Source: Bacteroidales bacterium UBA3754 (GTDB lineage: Bacteria; Bacteroidota; Bacteroidia; Bacteroidales; UBA1715). Taken from it: a DNA stretch of 64,000 bases. The position numbers and the translations under genes were made by a program. This document shows positions 36,128-46,421 of the stretch, piece by piece. How positions within the stretch are numbered: the first letter of the stretch is position 1; each line of letters opens with the position of its first letter. Under the pieces are notes generated by a model, which saw nothing but the letters and a program-made list of their open reading frames with translations, made no database searches and was not told the origin of the DNA. The stretch is from contig DFGI01000080.1 of the NCBI GenBank assembly GCA_002371705.1, positions 7,530-71,529 of the forward strand. Reading direction: 5' to 3'.

Positions 36128-39100
36128 TTATTCCACCACAACTTTCACCGCCTTGTTGCCGACAATCACAATGTAGATGCCTTTTTCAACATTGAATGAT
36201 TTAACAGCTTCGTTGTTTCCTTTGGCACGGACGATTGTCTGACCAATAGCGTTGCAGATTACAATCTGATTTTCTCCAGCATTTTCAACTACGATTGCGT
36301 TGTGTGCCGCATACACGTTCACAGGTTTTTCTTCTACAAAAGAAATTGCTGTTTTGTTTTCAACTTCGGCAATGTTGCTGATTGCCAAATTGAACGGCCC
36401 ACTTTCTGCTTTTACGAATGGATCGTTAATATCAATCGTATTAGGCAATTCAACGCCGACATAATATGAGATGGTTCCTTGTGCAGGTTGTAAATCGGTG
36501 TAAGTCAATACACTTGAATTGACTTTCTTGATTTCTTCCACGCCATCTTTCGTTACACGGAAAATGGAGTATGTCAAGAAATCGAATCCTTCGTATGCCG
36601 TCCACGAAAGGTTGTTTTCGGTGCCGATACTTTTGTTTTTCTGTAAATGTATCGTTTTGTGGCTTGGACTCAGCTCCGATTGCTTTCCGCAGTTGTCGGT
36701 AGCCGAAATCTTATATCGGTACGGAAATTCAAGACTGTTGGCAGTCACATCAACGTAGATGCTTGTCTCGTTATATTGCACGTCGTCTAATTTTACATAT
36801 TCACCTAATCTTTCTGTTTCTCGGTATATTGTGTAAAAGTCGATTGCCTCCGATGCTTCTTTTTGCCAGATAATCAAGTTGTACGGCGATTGTTCCTGAC
36901 TTACCGACACCAAAGCCAATTCTGGTTGATATTTGAACGATTCATATTTGATTTCTGTTTCATCGGTTATCGTACAACCGTAATAATCGGTAATGGTGAA
37001 CGTGTATGTGCCTTCCGCCAAGTTCTCACGTTTCAAATCAGTGCTTCCATCCTCCCACGAATATTCAACTGGCTCGTTTCCTTTTTCATACGAAATTGTG
37101 ATTTCGCCCACATCGTGGCCGCAGATTGCATTTTTGAAATCTTTGGTAAGGACTGGCTTGTTGCTTTCGTCTTTGGTCAATTCCGCATAGTTGGTGTATT
37201 CACAGCCGTATGTGTCGGTCACCTTTAATTTATACGTTCCTGCCGAAAGTCCATTCTGGTCTTTTGAGATAACATCCGATGAATGTCGCCACATAAATTT
37301 TATTTCGTCAATTTGGAATTGCATTGAGCTTTGATATTCTTCCGCTCCTCGGTACGACCAGTAGAAATTCTTAGGAGCAAAACCTTCATCGAAATAATAT
37401 GTTACCAAAGTCCAGTCTTCGTGTTTTGGTATTGTTCTCGTGAACATATCTTCTCCCATGGCTCGAAATTCGATATTCTCACCCTTGTGGTAGAACGAAA
37501 TTCCATCAACTAAACTTGTCATACCGCCAAGTTCAGCACCTATATAGGTATATAATCCTGCCAAGTCGCCCATGATGTTTTTGCTTATCGACGATGCTTT
37601 TATAATTACAGAATGAGCTGTTCCCAACGCACCGTCGTCTGCAATTCCCGAACCGTCGGTTTTTGTGGTTCCTCCGTAATTGGCATCGTTGAATATGATA
37701 AAGTTAGTGTATATCTCGTTTGTTAATCCATCTTCAAAATTACTAACAAGTTCTGGCTGAATAGTACTCCACGTAAACGAATATGGCTCCGTTCCGCTTT
37801 TGACGGTTGTAGTGATTTCTCCATTTTGGGTTTCACAGATAGGATTTTTTATGTCGAATGAAAATTTAGGCAAAACGTTGTAATTCTTTTCAAGTGTGGC
37901 AGTTTCCGATGTGGCACAACCGTATGCGTCGGTAACGGTTAGGGTATATTCGCCTTCTGCCAGATTTTCTCTGTCTTTGTCGGTTGCACCGTCAGACCAT
38001 TTGTAGGTGTATGGTTCAGCTCCTTCACCCACCGTTGCTGTAATGGTACCGTTTTCAGTTTCGCAGATAGGATTTGTTGATGTCAATTCAACAGAAGGCA
38101 CAACAGAGAAATCTTTGTTCAAAGATGTTGTTGCGATTGTCTTACATCCATAACTGTCGGTTACGGAGAACATGTATTGACCAGCAGCTAAATTTTGCAC
38201 CTCTTTTTCCGATGAGAACGATTCGGCATCGTCGTCGTATGCCAAAATGGATAGTTCGTCTATCCAGAAATCAGGATTGGTATTTATATTCCAGTATATT
38301 TCACTTATGTATGGTATTTGATATGGTGCAATATTCATTTCTTGCCATGAAAGGTCAACTTTCGTCCAATCGCTATGATACGGAATTGTGAAATTCCCAT
38401 TTGATTCATAACCATCAATAGAGATATTGAATTCAGCCGACGAACCTTTGTGGTAGAACGAAACCCCGTAAGAGTTAGATGTCGCGTGGTTTAAAGATAG
38501 TTCATCGGATAGATATAATTGCAGTAGGTATATTACATTGTCATTTTCATTACCTTGTACGTGAATAGCTTGTTCAGAGCTGGCTGCACCACTATTTTCG
38601 ATGGGAATATCAATCATGGAATAATCTCCATTTTCTATGTAGATTTCCCATAGATAGAATTGGTTGTTGGTTATCCCATTTTCAAAGTTCTCAAACGTGG
38701 ATTCTTTTATCTTTGTCTTGCCCCAATTATAGGTATATGGTTCTGTTCCTTCGCTCACCGTTGCTGTAATTGTACCATTTTCTGTCTCGCAAATTGGATC
38801 GGTAGGATCCAACGAAATCTGTGGCATATTGTCATCGATAGGCGAAAGGGTAACGTATGTTCTATCCGAAGTATATCCTTCTGCATCTGTGGCAACAAAA
38901 TAATATTCTCCAGCTGTCATTCTAGTACGAGGATTGTCGGTGTTATCATCGTTCCAAAGTATGGTGTATGGACCAACGCCGTTGATTACATCAAAAGAAG
39001 CCGAACCTGTTGCCGAGGTACAGATTGGTTTTACTGTTTCTAAATTGAGAATTTTGGGCTTTTTGCCAAATGTAGCTATAAACGAAGTGTCTTTTGTTAC

Positions 39101-40198
39101 TGTTATGGTACGTGGGTTTTCCTTATTGCCATCGTTCCAACTGCCAAATTGGTAATCGCTCTCGTTTGTTGACGTTGCCGTTAAAACCATTGTAAATTCA
39201 TCGTCGCAGGCATTCTCCAACTCAATAGTGACAACTCCATATTCAGAGTTTGATGAACTTACGGAAAATTTATGCGATGAGGTTGCCAAGTTTGATTTGT
39301 ATGGTATCCAATCCTCGTCGTTCATATAATTTTCAATCGCGTCACATGGCACGTAGATTTTGACATCCTCAGGGAAAGCATTTTCTCCTAAAGCAGGAGG
39401 AGTTTGTGATTCAATAAAGATAGTATGTAAATTTTCACAATTATTAAATGCGTCCACATCAATATCTATTACAGAAGCAGGAATAACAATTGACGTGAGA
39501 CTTTTACAAGATTGAAACGATTCTTTCCCAATAGTGGTAAGGGTATTAGGGAAAGCTATGGAAGACAAGCTGTAACAGCTTGAAAATGTACTTTCTCTGA
39601 TTTTAGTAAGACCATCGGGAAGTTTTACTGATTTCAGATTATAACAGAGATAGAATACGGACGTACCCATTGTAGTGACGGAGTTTGGAATTTCTATAGA
39701 TTCCAAATTTTCACAACCCCAAAACAGACCTTCACAGAGATTTGTAAGGGAGTTTGAAAGCGTTATGGATTGTAGATTTTTACACTCTGCAAACGCATAG
39801 TTAAGTTCCTCAAGGGAATTAGGAAGTACAACGTTTTTTAATTTAGTACATGATTGAAATGCCTGGTCTCCAATAACCTTGACACCTTCTTGTATTGTTA
39901 CAGATGTTAATTTCGTGCAATTGTAAAAAGGTCGATCGTATCTTTTCCCGACTCCTATCACAGTGTACGTTTCCCCATCGTATTCCACTGTTCCAGGAAT
40001 AATCAAATCTCCAACTGGTGGATTTTCATACGGCTCATTTGTGTTTTTTTCATAAGTTACATTAACTGTTTTATCTTCTTGAGAAATAATGTCGTAATAT
40101 AACATGTGTCCACTTGGACTTTCAGCCGAAAATTGATACGCATTTGCCTGAACTGCCGCAAAAACGGCTACCAATAAAGGGAAGAAAAGTTTTTTCAT
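36128..40198 (-). CDS. 1356-aa cell-surface protein: BspA-type leucine-rich repeats, five SprB-like repeat modules, two paralogous ~150-aa beta-sandwich-like inserts, Fn3-like domains and a T9SS C-terminal sorting domain
   Basis: Signal peptide MKKLFFPLLVAVFAAVQANA. LRR_5-type repeats (IPNSVTTMGTSVFYLCYNLKSVKLPDGLTKI...). Repeated NPICETENGTITATV.EG.EPYTY.W ... L..G.Y...VTD.YGC modules. The C-terminus is ...KGIYIVIVGNKAVKVVVE, typical of Por_Secre_tail. Confidence 0.8.
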   Translation of the reverse strand: MKKLFFPLLVAVFAAVQANAYQFSAESPSGHMLYYDIISQEDKTVNVTYEKNTNEPYENPPVGDLIIPGTVEYDGETYTVIGVGKRYDRPFYNCTKLTSVTIQEGVKVIGDQAFQSCTKLKNVVLPNSLEELNYAFAECKNLQSITLSNSLTNLCEGLFWGCENLESIEIPNSVTTMGTSVFYLCYNLKSVKLPDGLTKIRESTFSSCYSLSSIAFPNTLTTIGKESFQSCKSLTSIVIPASVIDIDVDAFNNCENLHTIFIESQTPPALGENAFPEDVKIYVPCDAIENYMNDEDWIPYKSNLATSSHKFSVSSSNSEYGVVTIELENACDDEFTMVLTATSTNESDYQFGSWNDGNKENPRTITVTKDTSFIATFGKKPKILNLETVKPICTSATGSASFDVINGVGPYTILWNDDNTDNPRTRMTAGEYYFVATDAEGYTSDRTYVTLSPIDDNMPQISLDPTDPICETENGTITATVSEGTEPYTYNWGKTKIKESTFENFENGITNNQFYLWEIYIENGDYSMIDIPIENSGAASSEQAIHVQGNENDNVIYLLQLYLSDELSLNHATSNSYGVSFYHKGSSAEFNISIDGYESNGNFTIPYHSDWTKVDLSWQEMNIAPYQIPYISEIYWNINTNPDFWIDELSILAYDDDAESFSSEKEVQNLAAGQYMFSVTDSYGCKTIATTSLNKDFSVVPSVELTSTNPICETENGTITATVGEGAEPYTYKWSDGATDKDRENLAEGEYTLTVTDAYGCATSETATLEKNYNVLPKFSFDIKNPICETQNGEITTTVKSGTEPYSFTWSTIQPELVSNFEDGLTNEIYTNFIIFNDANYGGTTKTDGSGIADDGALGTAHSVIIKASSISKNIMGDLAGLYTYIGAELGGMTSLVDGISFYHKGENIEFRAMGEDMFTRTIPKHEDWTLVTYYFDEGFAPKNFYWSYRGAEEYQSSMQFQIDEIKFMWRHSSDVISKDQNGLSAGTYKLKVTDTYGCEYTNYAELTKDESNKPVLTKDFKNAICGHDVGEITISYEKGNEPVEYSWEDGSTDLKRENLAEGTYTFTITDYYGCTITDETEIKYESFKYQPELALVSVSQEQSPYNLIIWQKEASEAIDFYTIYRETERLGEYVKLDDVQYNETSIYVDVTANSLEFPYRYKISATDNCGKQSELSPSHKTIHLQKNKSIGTENNLSWTAYEGFDFLTYSIFRVTKDGVEEIKKVNSSVLTYTDLQPAQGTISYYVGVELPNTIDINDPFVKAESGPFNLAISNIAEVENKTAISFVEEKPVNVYAAHNAIVVENAGENQIVICNAIGQTIVRAKGNNEAVKSFNVEKGIYIVIVGNKAVKVVVE

Positions 40199-40252
40199 AA
40201 GAATGACTCTATCTGTTTATCACTTATTTTTCGGCGCAAAAATACACTTTTT

Positions 40253-42100
40253 TTGAAAACGAGAATACGTCGGGAAATTTCCTATTTTTGCAAAAATCAT
40301 TTGCAAGTGGAATTACCTACGTCGAAAAAGGAAATGGAACGTCTGGGATGGGATTACGTTGATGTGATTCTCATATCGGGCGATGCGTATATTGACCACC
40401 CTGCGTTTGGCACGGCAATAATTGCACGCGTGCTGGAGCATGCGGGGTTTCGTGTCGCCGTGGTGCCACAACCGAATTGGCGTGACGACCTACGGGATTT
40501 TAAGAAATTGGGCACGCCACGTTTGTTTTTCGGCGTAAATTCGGGCAGTATGGATTCTATGGTGAACCATTATACCGCCACAAAACGACTCCGCTCCAAC
40601 GATGCCTACACGCCAGGCGGATTGGCGGGACAACGGCCAGATTACGCTGTAACGGTTTATTCCAACATTTTGAAACAACTTTTCCCCGAAACTCCCGTGG
40701 TTATTGGCGGTATAGAGGCTTCGCTCCGCCGATTTTCGCACTACGATTATTGGTCTGATTCATATAAAAAATCAATCTTAATTGACAGCAAAGCCGATTT
40801 GCTGGTGTATGGAATGGGCGAACAAGCCATTGTTGCAGTTGCCAAAGCATTACAGGAAGGCAAAACTATTTCTGAAATGACAGAAATTCCACAGACGGCG
40901 TATGTGGCTCCGTCGATTGACGGCTGTGCGAAAAAGCCTGTGGAACTATATTCCTACGAAGATTGCCTGAAAAACAAAATTCTTGATGCCAAAAATTTCC
41001 GCATCATCGAAGAACAATCTAACTTGTGCAAACCAGAGAAAATCGCACAACGATTCGGGGATTTGTATATTATTGTAAATGAACCAAATCCAACAATGAC
41101 CACCGAAGAACTTGATGTAGTATATGCTTTGCCATATTCCCGTCTCCCCCACTCCCGCTATGCGAAAAAACCGCCGATTCCCGCCTATGATATGATAAAG
41201 GACTCAGTAACGATTCATCGTGGTTGTTTCGGTGCGTGCAGTTTCTGCACTATTTCAGCACATCAGGGCAAGTTTATTGCAAGCCGAAGCGAAGAATCCA
41301 TTATCGCTGAACTGGAGAAAATTGCACAATCGCCTCATTTCAAAGGACATATAACCGATTTGGGCGCGCCATCGGCAAATATGTATGGCATGCACGGCAG
41401 AGACCAACGTTTGTGCGAAAAATGCAAACGACCGTCATGTTTATTCCCGCAAAAATGCAAGAATTTGAACGACAGTCATATCCGTTTAGTTCGTTTATAC
41501 GAACGTGTGGAACGGATTCCTGGAATCAAACACATAACTATCGGTAGCGGCATTCGCTATGATTTGTTGCATGGAGCCGAAGGCGAACACGAATATATGT
41601 CGCAGTTGATTCGCAAACACGTGTCAGGACGGTTGAAAGTGGCACCCGAACATACGGAAGATTCCGTTTTGAAACTGATGCGTAAGCCGTCGTTTTCGTT
41701 GTTCGAGGATTTTAAAAAGACATTCGACGAATTGAATCAAAAATATGGCTTGAAACAGCAAATCATCCCCTATTTCATTTCGTCACACCCTGGTTGTAAG
41801 GCACAGGATATGAGCAAATTGGAACAACGGCTCCGTTCTCTTCACGTGATGCCCGAACAAGTGCAGGATTTCACACCAACACCTATGACGCTCTCAACCA
41901 CAATGTTTTACACAGGCGTAAATCCATACACGTTGGAGCCAGTTTTTTCGGCAAAAACGAAAGATGAAAAAGACAAACAAAAGTCGTTTTTCTTTTGGTA
42001 TAAAAAGAATGGAATGGAAACCAAACCTCACGAAAATCCCCGATTCCACAAGGGAAAAACAACGAAGAAACCATTTGTAAATAAGAAAAGAAACAAGTAA
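40253..42100 (+). CDS. ygiQ: YgiQ-family (UPF0313) radical SAM protein
   Basis: LPTSKKEMERLGWDYVDVILISGDAYIDHPAFG (YgiQ N-terminal signature) and the radical SAM cluster motif CFGACSFC. The start is uncertain: 40253 is a TTG, with alternatives TTG 40301 and GTG 40307. The conserved LPTS motif excludes the first ATG (40334). Confidence 0.85.
   Translation: MKTRIRREISYFCKNHLQVELPTSKKEMERLGWDYVDVILISGDAYIDHPAFGTAIIARVLEHAGFRVAVVPQPNWRDDLRDFKKLGTPRLFFGVNSGSMDSMVNHYTATKRLRSNDAYTPGGLAGQRPDYAVTVYSNILKQLFPETPVVIGGIEASLRRFSHYDYWSDSYKKSILIDSKADLLVYGMGEQAIVAVAKALQEGKTISEMTEIPQTAYVAPSIDGCAKKPVELYSYEDCLKNKILDAKNFRIIEEQSNLCKPEKIAQRFGDLYIIVNEPNPTMTTEELDVVYALPYSRLPHSRYAKKPPIPAYDMIKDSVTIHRGCFGACSFCTISAHQGKFIASRSEESIIAELEKIAQSPHFKGHITDLGAPSANMYGMHGRDQRLCEKCKRPSCLFPQKCKNLNDSHIRLVRLYERVERIPGIKHITIGSGIRYDLLHGAEGEHEYMSQLIRKHVSGRLKVAPEHTEDSVLKLMRKPSFSLFEDFKKTFDELNQKYGLKQQIIPYFISSHPGCKAQDMSKLEQRLRSLHVMPEQVQDFTPTPMTLSTTMFYTGVNPYTLEPVFSAKTKDEKDKQKSFFFWYKKNGMETKPHENPRFHKGKTTKKPFVNKKRNK
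40283..40290 (+). promoter_or_regulatory. Candidate -7 promoter box (TAnnTTTG)
   Basis: tatttttg lies inside the 5' end of the maximal ygiQ ORF. If it is functional, the true start is the TTG at 40301 or the GTG at 40307. Confidence 0.3.
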
Positions 42101-42630
42101 TGGACAGAACATTTCATCCTCAGAACGTTTTGCAATATTGTCCTCGTTGCGGATGCAGACAGTTTGAACCGTATGGCGTAAAGGCAAGCAAATGCGGAAC
42201 GTGCGGATTTGTGTTTTATTACAATGCGGCAACGGCTGTGGCAGCAATTATTCGGGATTCCCAAAACCGTGTGTTGCTGACCAAGCGGGCGTTTGACCCA
42301 GGAAAAGGAACACTTGATTTGCCAGGTGGCTTTGTCGATCCGTTGGAATCGGCGGAAACGGCGTTGTGTCGGGAGATTAAGGAAGAATTGGAACTCGAAA
42401 TTGTGTCGAAGGACTATAAAGGTTCATTTCCAAACACATACGTATATGGCGGAGTGATGTATTTCACCTGCGATTTGGTATATGAATGCACGGTCGCCTC
42501 ATACGAGCATATTGCCGCAAACGACGATGTGGTGGCGGCACAATTTTATAAAATCACCGAACAAGTGATAGAACAAGTTGGTGCTGAGTCAATTAGAAAG
42601 ATTTTACGGAGGTTCTGTTTGTCAAAATAA
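42100..42630 (+). CDS. NUDIX hydrolase with an N-terminal zinc ribbon
   Basis: CPRCG...CGTCG zinc ribbon. Nudix box GGFVDPLESAETALCREIKEELEL. The start overlaps the ygiQ stop (TAATG). Confidence 0.85.
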   Translation: MDRTFHPQNVLQYCPRCGCRQFEPYGVKASKCGTCGFVFYYNAATAVAAIIRDSQNRVLLTKRAFDPGKGTLDLPGGFVDPLESAETALCREIKEELELEIVSKDYKGSFPNTYVYGGVMYFTCDLVYECTVASYEHIAANDDVVAAQFYKITEQVIEQVGAESIRKILRRFCLSK

Positions 42631-42639
42631 GGATGCGTT

Positions 42640-43713
42640 ATGAAAAAACAAAAAGTTGCAGTTGCAATGAGTGGCGGAATCGACAGTAGCATTACTACTT
42701 TGCTGCTGCAGGAACAAGGATATGAGGTGGTCGGAATCACATTGCAGTTGTGGGATTCGGGCGAAATTCAAACAGGATGCTGTAGTTCCAAATCGGTGGA
42801 CGATGCCCGTGCATTTGCACAAAAACTTGGCGTGCCACATTATGTTGTCGATGTGAAAGATGCGTTCAAAGCATGCGTTGTGCGGAATTTCGTTGATGAA
42901 TATATGAACGCCCGTACACCAAATCCGTGTGTGGTCTGCAATCCAAACGTAAAATGGAAATATATTCTGCAAAAAGCTGAAGAATTGGGCTGCGAGAAAA
43001 TCGCCACAGGACACTATGCGCAAATTTCGTCGAACGACGGGAAATATTTCGTAACTCGTGGTGTTGATTCCACCAAAGACCAATCCTACGTGATGTGGCA
43101 TCTTTCGCAGGAACAATTGTCGAAAACGCTGTTTCCGCTGGGTAAATACAAAAAAAACGAAATTAAGGAACTCGCTGAAAAACACGGATTTATAGATTTA
43201 GTACAAAAATCTGAAAGTCAGGAAATATGCTTTATTCCCGACGATGATTATCGTGGATTTTTACGAAGCTATGTGCCAAACATTGACTCTATTATAAAGA
43301 AGGGCGATTTTCTTTCCATGGATGGCAAAAAAATCGGTGAGCATCAAGGATTTCCGTTTTACACAATTGGACAACGGAAAGGTTTGGGCATTGCTTTGGG
43401 CATTCCCGCATACGTGCAATCGGTTGACAAAGAATCGAATACAATAAAAATTGGCTTCCGCGATGATTTGCTCACACGGGAATTATACGTGTCGAATGTG
43501 CATTTTTCAAAATACGACTCGTTTGATCCTGTGGAAAAATTATGCGTCAAAATCCGTTACAACACGCAACCTGCTCCATGCATGGTGGAACGGCAGGAAA
43601 ATGGCTGGTACAAGGTTTCATTCGAAAATCCGGTATGGGCGGTCACACCGGGGCAGTCGGCGGTTTTCTACGAAGACAACGATTTGGTTGCTGGCGGCAT
43701 TATTGAGAAATAA
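42640..43713 (+). CDS. mnmA: tRNA 2-thiouridine(34) synthase
   Basis: PP-loop KVAVAMSGGIDSS, CNPNVKW, ATGHYA, KDQSY. Confidence 0.9.
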   Translation: MKKQKVAVAMSGGIDSSITTLLLQEQGYEVVGITLQLWDSGEIQTGCCSSKSVDDARAFAQKLGVPHYVVDVKDAFKACVVRNFVDEYMNARTPNPCVVCNPNVKWKYILQKAEELGCEKIATGHYAQISSNDGKYFVTRGVDSTKDQSYVMWHLSQEQLSKTLFPLGKYKKNEIKELAEKHGFIDLVQKSESQEICFIPDDDYRGFLRSYVPNIDSIIKKGDFLSMDGKKIGEHQGFPFYTIGQRKGLGIALGIPAYVQSVDKESNTIKIGFRDDLLTRELYVSNVHFSKYDSFDPVEKLCVKIRYNTQPAPCMVERQENGWYKVSFENPVWAVTPGQSAVFYEDNDLVAGGIIEK

Positions 43714-43739
43714 AAAAGGCGGAAATGAATCCGCCTTTT
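43712..43739. terminator. Bidirectional rho-independent terminator between convergent mnmA and feoB
   Basis: AAAAGGCGGA-AATGAA-TCCGCCTTTT. Confidence 0.7.
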
Positions 43740-43763
43740 CCGTCAAACAAAACTTAAAAAAAA

Positions 43764-46172
43764 TTATAAAAACACATTTCCAACTTTAAATGCAATAAAG
43801 GCAAGTATCCAAGCGACAAGGGTGTTATATATAATTGTAAATGCCGCCCAGCGTTTTTTGCCTGACTCTCCGTATATAGCTGCTATTGTCGCCAAGCAAG
43901 GGAAACAGAGTAACATGAATATCATCATTGCCAGTGCCACAGCCGGCGAATACGAGCCTGATTTTATTAGAGCTTCCCCAAGTGAATCTTCGTCAATATT
44001 TCCATACAATACGCCTAATGTACTGACAGCGATTTCTTTAGCTGGAAGACTCGCCACAACAGCCACGCTTGCTTTCCAATCAAATCCCAATGGTCGCATA
44101 ACGGGTTCTATAATTTTCCCGAATTTGCCTAAGTATGAATTCTCGCAATCAACTTCACCTGCTGGAGCCTCTACCAATATGGTTTCGCCCGTTTCGGTTG
44201 TTTCTTCAATCATTGGACGGGGGAAATAACTCAACACCCAAATTATGACGGATGCGCCAAGTATTACCGTTCCGATTTTTCGAAGATACTGCACGCATTT
44301 TTCCCACATGTGTTTCAATACCGCAAGTGCCGTTGGCATTCGATATGGAGGAAGTTCCATAACAAAAGGAGTCTCGTCTTCGCCAAATTTCACAATACGA
44401 AGCAATTTCGCACTGATTGCCGCCACTAAAATACCTGTAATATAGAGCAAAATCATCATCGTTGCAGCGTGATTGGGGAAGAACGTCCCCGTAAACAACA
44501 CATAAATCGGCAACCGTGCGCTACACGACATAAATGGAATCACCAACATTGTTATAAGTCGGCTACTTCGGCTCTCGATTGTTCGCGTTGCCATAATTGC
44601 CGGCGCATTGCAGCCAAATCCCATCAACATTGGAATGAACGATTTTCCGTGAAGTCCCATCTTATGCATCAGATTGTCCATAATAAACGCCGCCCGCGAC
44701 ATATAGCCAGAATCTTCCATCAGCGAGATGAACAAATACAACAGCAAAATGTTCGGGACAAACGAACAAACTGCTCCAATCCCGGCGAGAATACCATCAA
44801 CAATCAATGAACGTAGGAAATTTTCGGGCAAAATTAAATTGAACCAATCGGCTAACGCACTGAATCCCATTTCAATCCAATCCTGTGGATACGAACCAAG
44901 TTCGAATGTCACATAGAACATCAGCCACATTAAGAAAATAAAAAATGGGAAACCTAACCACCTGTTAGCCACCAGCTTATCTATTCTTCTTGTATATTTG
45001 TTTATATCAACTTTACCTTCGGTGAATGTTTCGTGCAATGCGCCCGAAATAAAACCATATTTTGCATCGCTCAGTGCAGTTTCCACATCAGTATCCAACT
45101 GACGCTGAATCATTTCCGCCGAAGATTTCGCTATTTCCGTCCATTCCTGATACTGTTCGCAGGATTGAAGCACCGAAATTGCCTCTTTGTCGTTTTCTAT
45201 CAGTTTGATTGCCCAGTATCGTGCCGGAAATTCTTGTGGCAAGTCGGTCGCCTTATGTAGAATCTCGCTCAACGCAGTGATTTCGGGTTCCATCACGCTA
45301 CCATAATTTATATGTACGTGACGGGCTTCCGCATTCTTTCCCTCGAACAATTCTATCACCGTATCAAGCAGTTTATCAAGTCCTTGTCCGTTTTTTGCAA
45401 CAGTTGGAACCATTGGTATGCCCATCATGGAACCAAGTTTTTCGTAGTCAAGTTTAGCTCCGCTTGCCGACAGTTCGTCGTACATGTTTAATGCGACCAC
45501 CACGCGCTGGTTTAAGTCAATCAATTCGGTTGTCAGATATAAATTCCGTTCCAAATTCGAAGCAACCACCGAGTTGATTATCACATCGGGCAAAGAATCC
45601 TTCAAATGCCGACGAACGTACACTTCTTCTGGCGAATATGCTGATAACGAATATGTTCCTGGTAAATCAGTCACGTTGAAATGATAGCCACGATAGTTAA
45701 AATGACCTGTTTTTATATCAACTGTCACGCCGCTATAGTTGCCCACATGTTCGTGACCACCCGAAAGAGCGTTGAACAACGATGTTTTTCCGCTATTGGG
45801 ATTTCCCACAAACGCAATGTTGATGATATTTCGTTGGGTAGTTTTATGAAGATTTGAGAAACATCCATTATTGCAGGCGCAACATTCACCGCAGGCATAG
45901 TAATTCGGAGCTTTTGCGTCTTCCGCCGAAAGCATTGCGTCGGCTTCTTCAGGCGAAAGCACCGTGATAAGTTCCGCTTCACTTCGTCGCAATGAAACAT
46001 CGTACCCCATTATTGAGTATTTGATAGGGTCGTTCATTGGTGCGTTTATAACCGAGGTCACATCCTGCCCACGGACAAAGCCCATTTCCATTATTCTCTT
46101 CCGAAACCCTCCGTGTCCGGAAACCCTTACAATCACGGCGGTCTCACCGTTTTTTAACTCCGAAAGTTTCAT
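43764..46172 (-). CDS. feoB: Ferrous iron transporter, FeoA-FeoB fusion
   Basis: The N-terminal FeoA SH3-like domain (LSELKNGETAVIVRV...RKRIMEMGFVRGQDV), the G-domain GNPNSGKTSLFNALSG and DLPGTYSL, followed by a polytopic membrane domain. Confidence 0.9.
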   Translation of the reverse strand: MKLSELKNGETAVIVRVSGHGGFRKRIMEMGFVRGQDVTSVINAPMNDPIKYSIMGYDVSLRRSEAELITVLSPEEADAMLSAEDAKAPNYYACGECCACNNGCFSNLHKTTQRNIINIAFVGNPNSGKTSLFNALSGGHEHVGNYSGVTVDIKTGHFNYRGYHFNVTDLPGTYSLSAYSPEEVYVRRHLKDSLPDVIINSVVASNLERNLYLTTELIDLNQRVVVALNMYDELSASGAKLDYEKLGSMMGIPMVPTVAKNGQGLDKLLDTVIELFEGKNAEARHVHINYGSVMEPEITALSEILHKATDLPQEFPARYWAIKLIENDKEAISVLQSCEQYQEWTEIAKSSAEMIQRQLDTDVETALSDAKYGFISGALHETFTEGKVDINKYTRRIDKLVANRWLGFPFFIFLMWLMFYVTFELGSYPQDWIEMGFSALADWFNLILPENFLRSLIVDGILAGIGAVCSFVPNILLLYLFISLMEDSGYMSRAAFIMDNLMHKMGLHGKSFIPMLMGFGCNAPAIMATRTIESRSSRLITMLVIPFMSCSARLPIYVLFTGTFFPNHAATMMILLYITGILVAAISAKLLRIVKFGEDETPFVMELPPYRMPTALAVLKHMWEKCVQYLRKIGTVILGASVIIWVLSYFPRPMIEETTETGETILVEAPAGEVDCENSYLGKFGKIIEPVMRPLGFDWKASVAVVASLPAKEIAVSTLGVLYGNIDEDSLGEALIKSGSYSPAVALAMMIFMLLCFPCLATIAAIYGESGKKRWAAFTIIYNTLVAWILAFIAFKVGNVFL

Positions 46173-46191
46173 TCCTTAAAATTTTGCTTCG

Positions 46192-46199
46192 CAAAAATA
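46192..46199 (-). promoter_or_regulatory. Candidate -7 promoter box (TAnnTTTG, minus strand) for feoAB
   Basis: The minus-strand tatttttg lies 20 nt upstream of the ATG at 46172. Confidence 0.35.
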
Positions 46200-46370
46200 T
46201 TTCATTCTTTGAAAATTGGCAATCACTATTTATTATGAATTGCAATTATCTACTTCTGTTATATGTAATCACATTTGTCAATTCACTTTTTCCTATTATT
46301 TTGTTTTAACGATAAAAAGTAGTTAATGAACGCCGTCACGTCAGACCAAAATTTTTGTAAACACGAATTC

Positions 46371-46421
46371 CCGACTGAGTTGGGTTCCGTTTCTTTCGCC
46401 GCCGAAAGAAATGGAACAAAA
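46371..46421 (+). repeat. Structured intergenic repeat, copy D (head joined directly to hairpin 2; hairpin 1 absent)
   Basis: CCGACTGAG + TTGGGTTCCGTTTCTTTCGCCGCCGAAAGAAATGGAACAAAAT. The last 41 nt are identical to 58551..58591. Confidence 0.8.

Noticed and set aside
42622-43185. A 187-aa minus-strand ORF.
   Set aside because: It is antisense to the unmistakable mnmA gene and has no recognisable motif. It is a typical shadow ORF.
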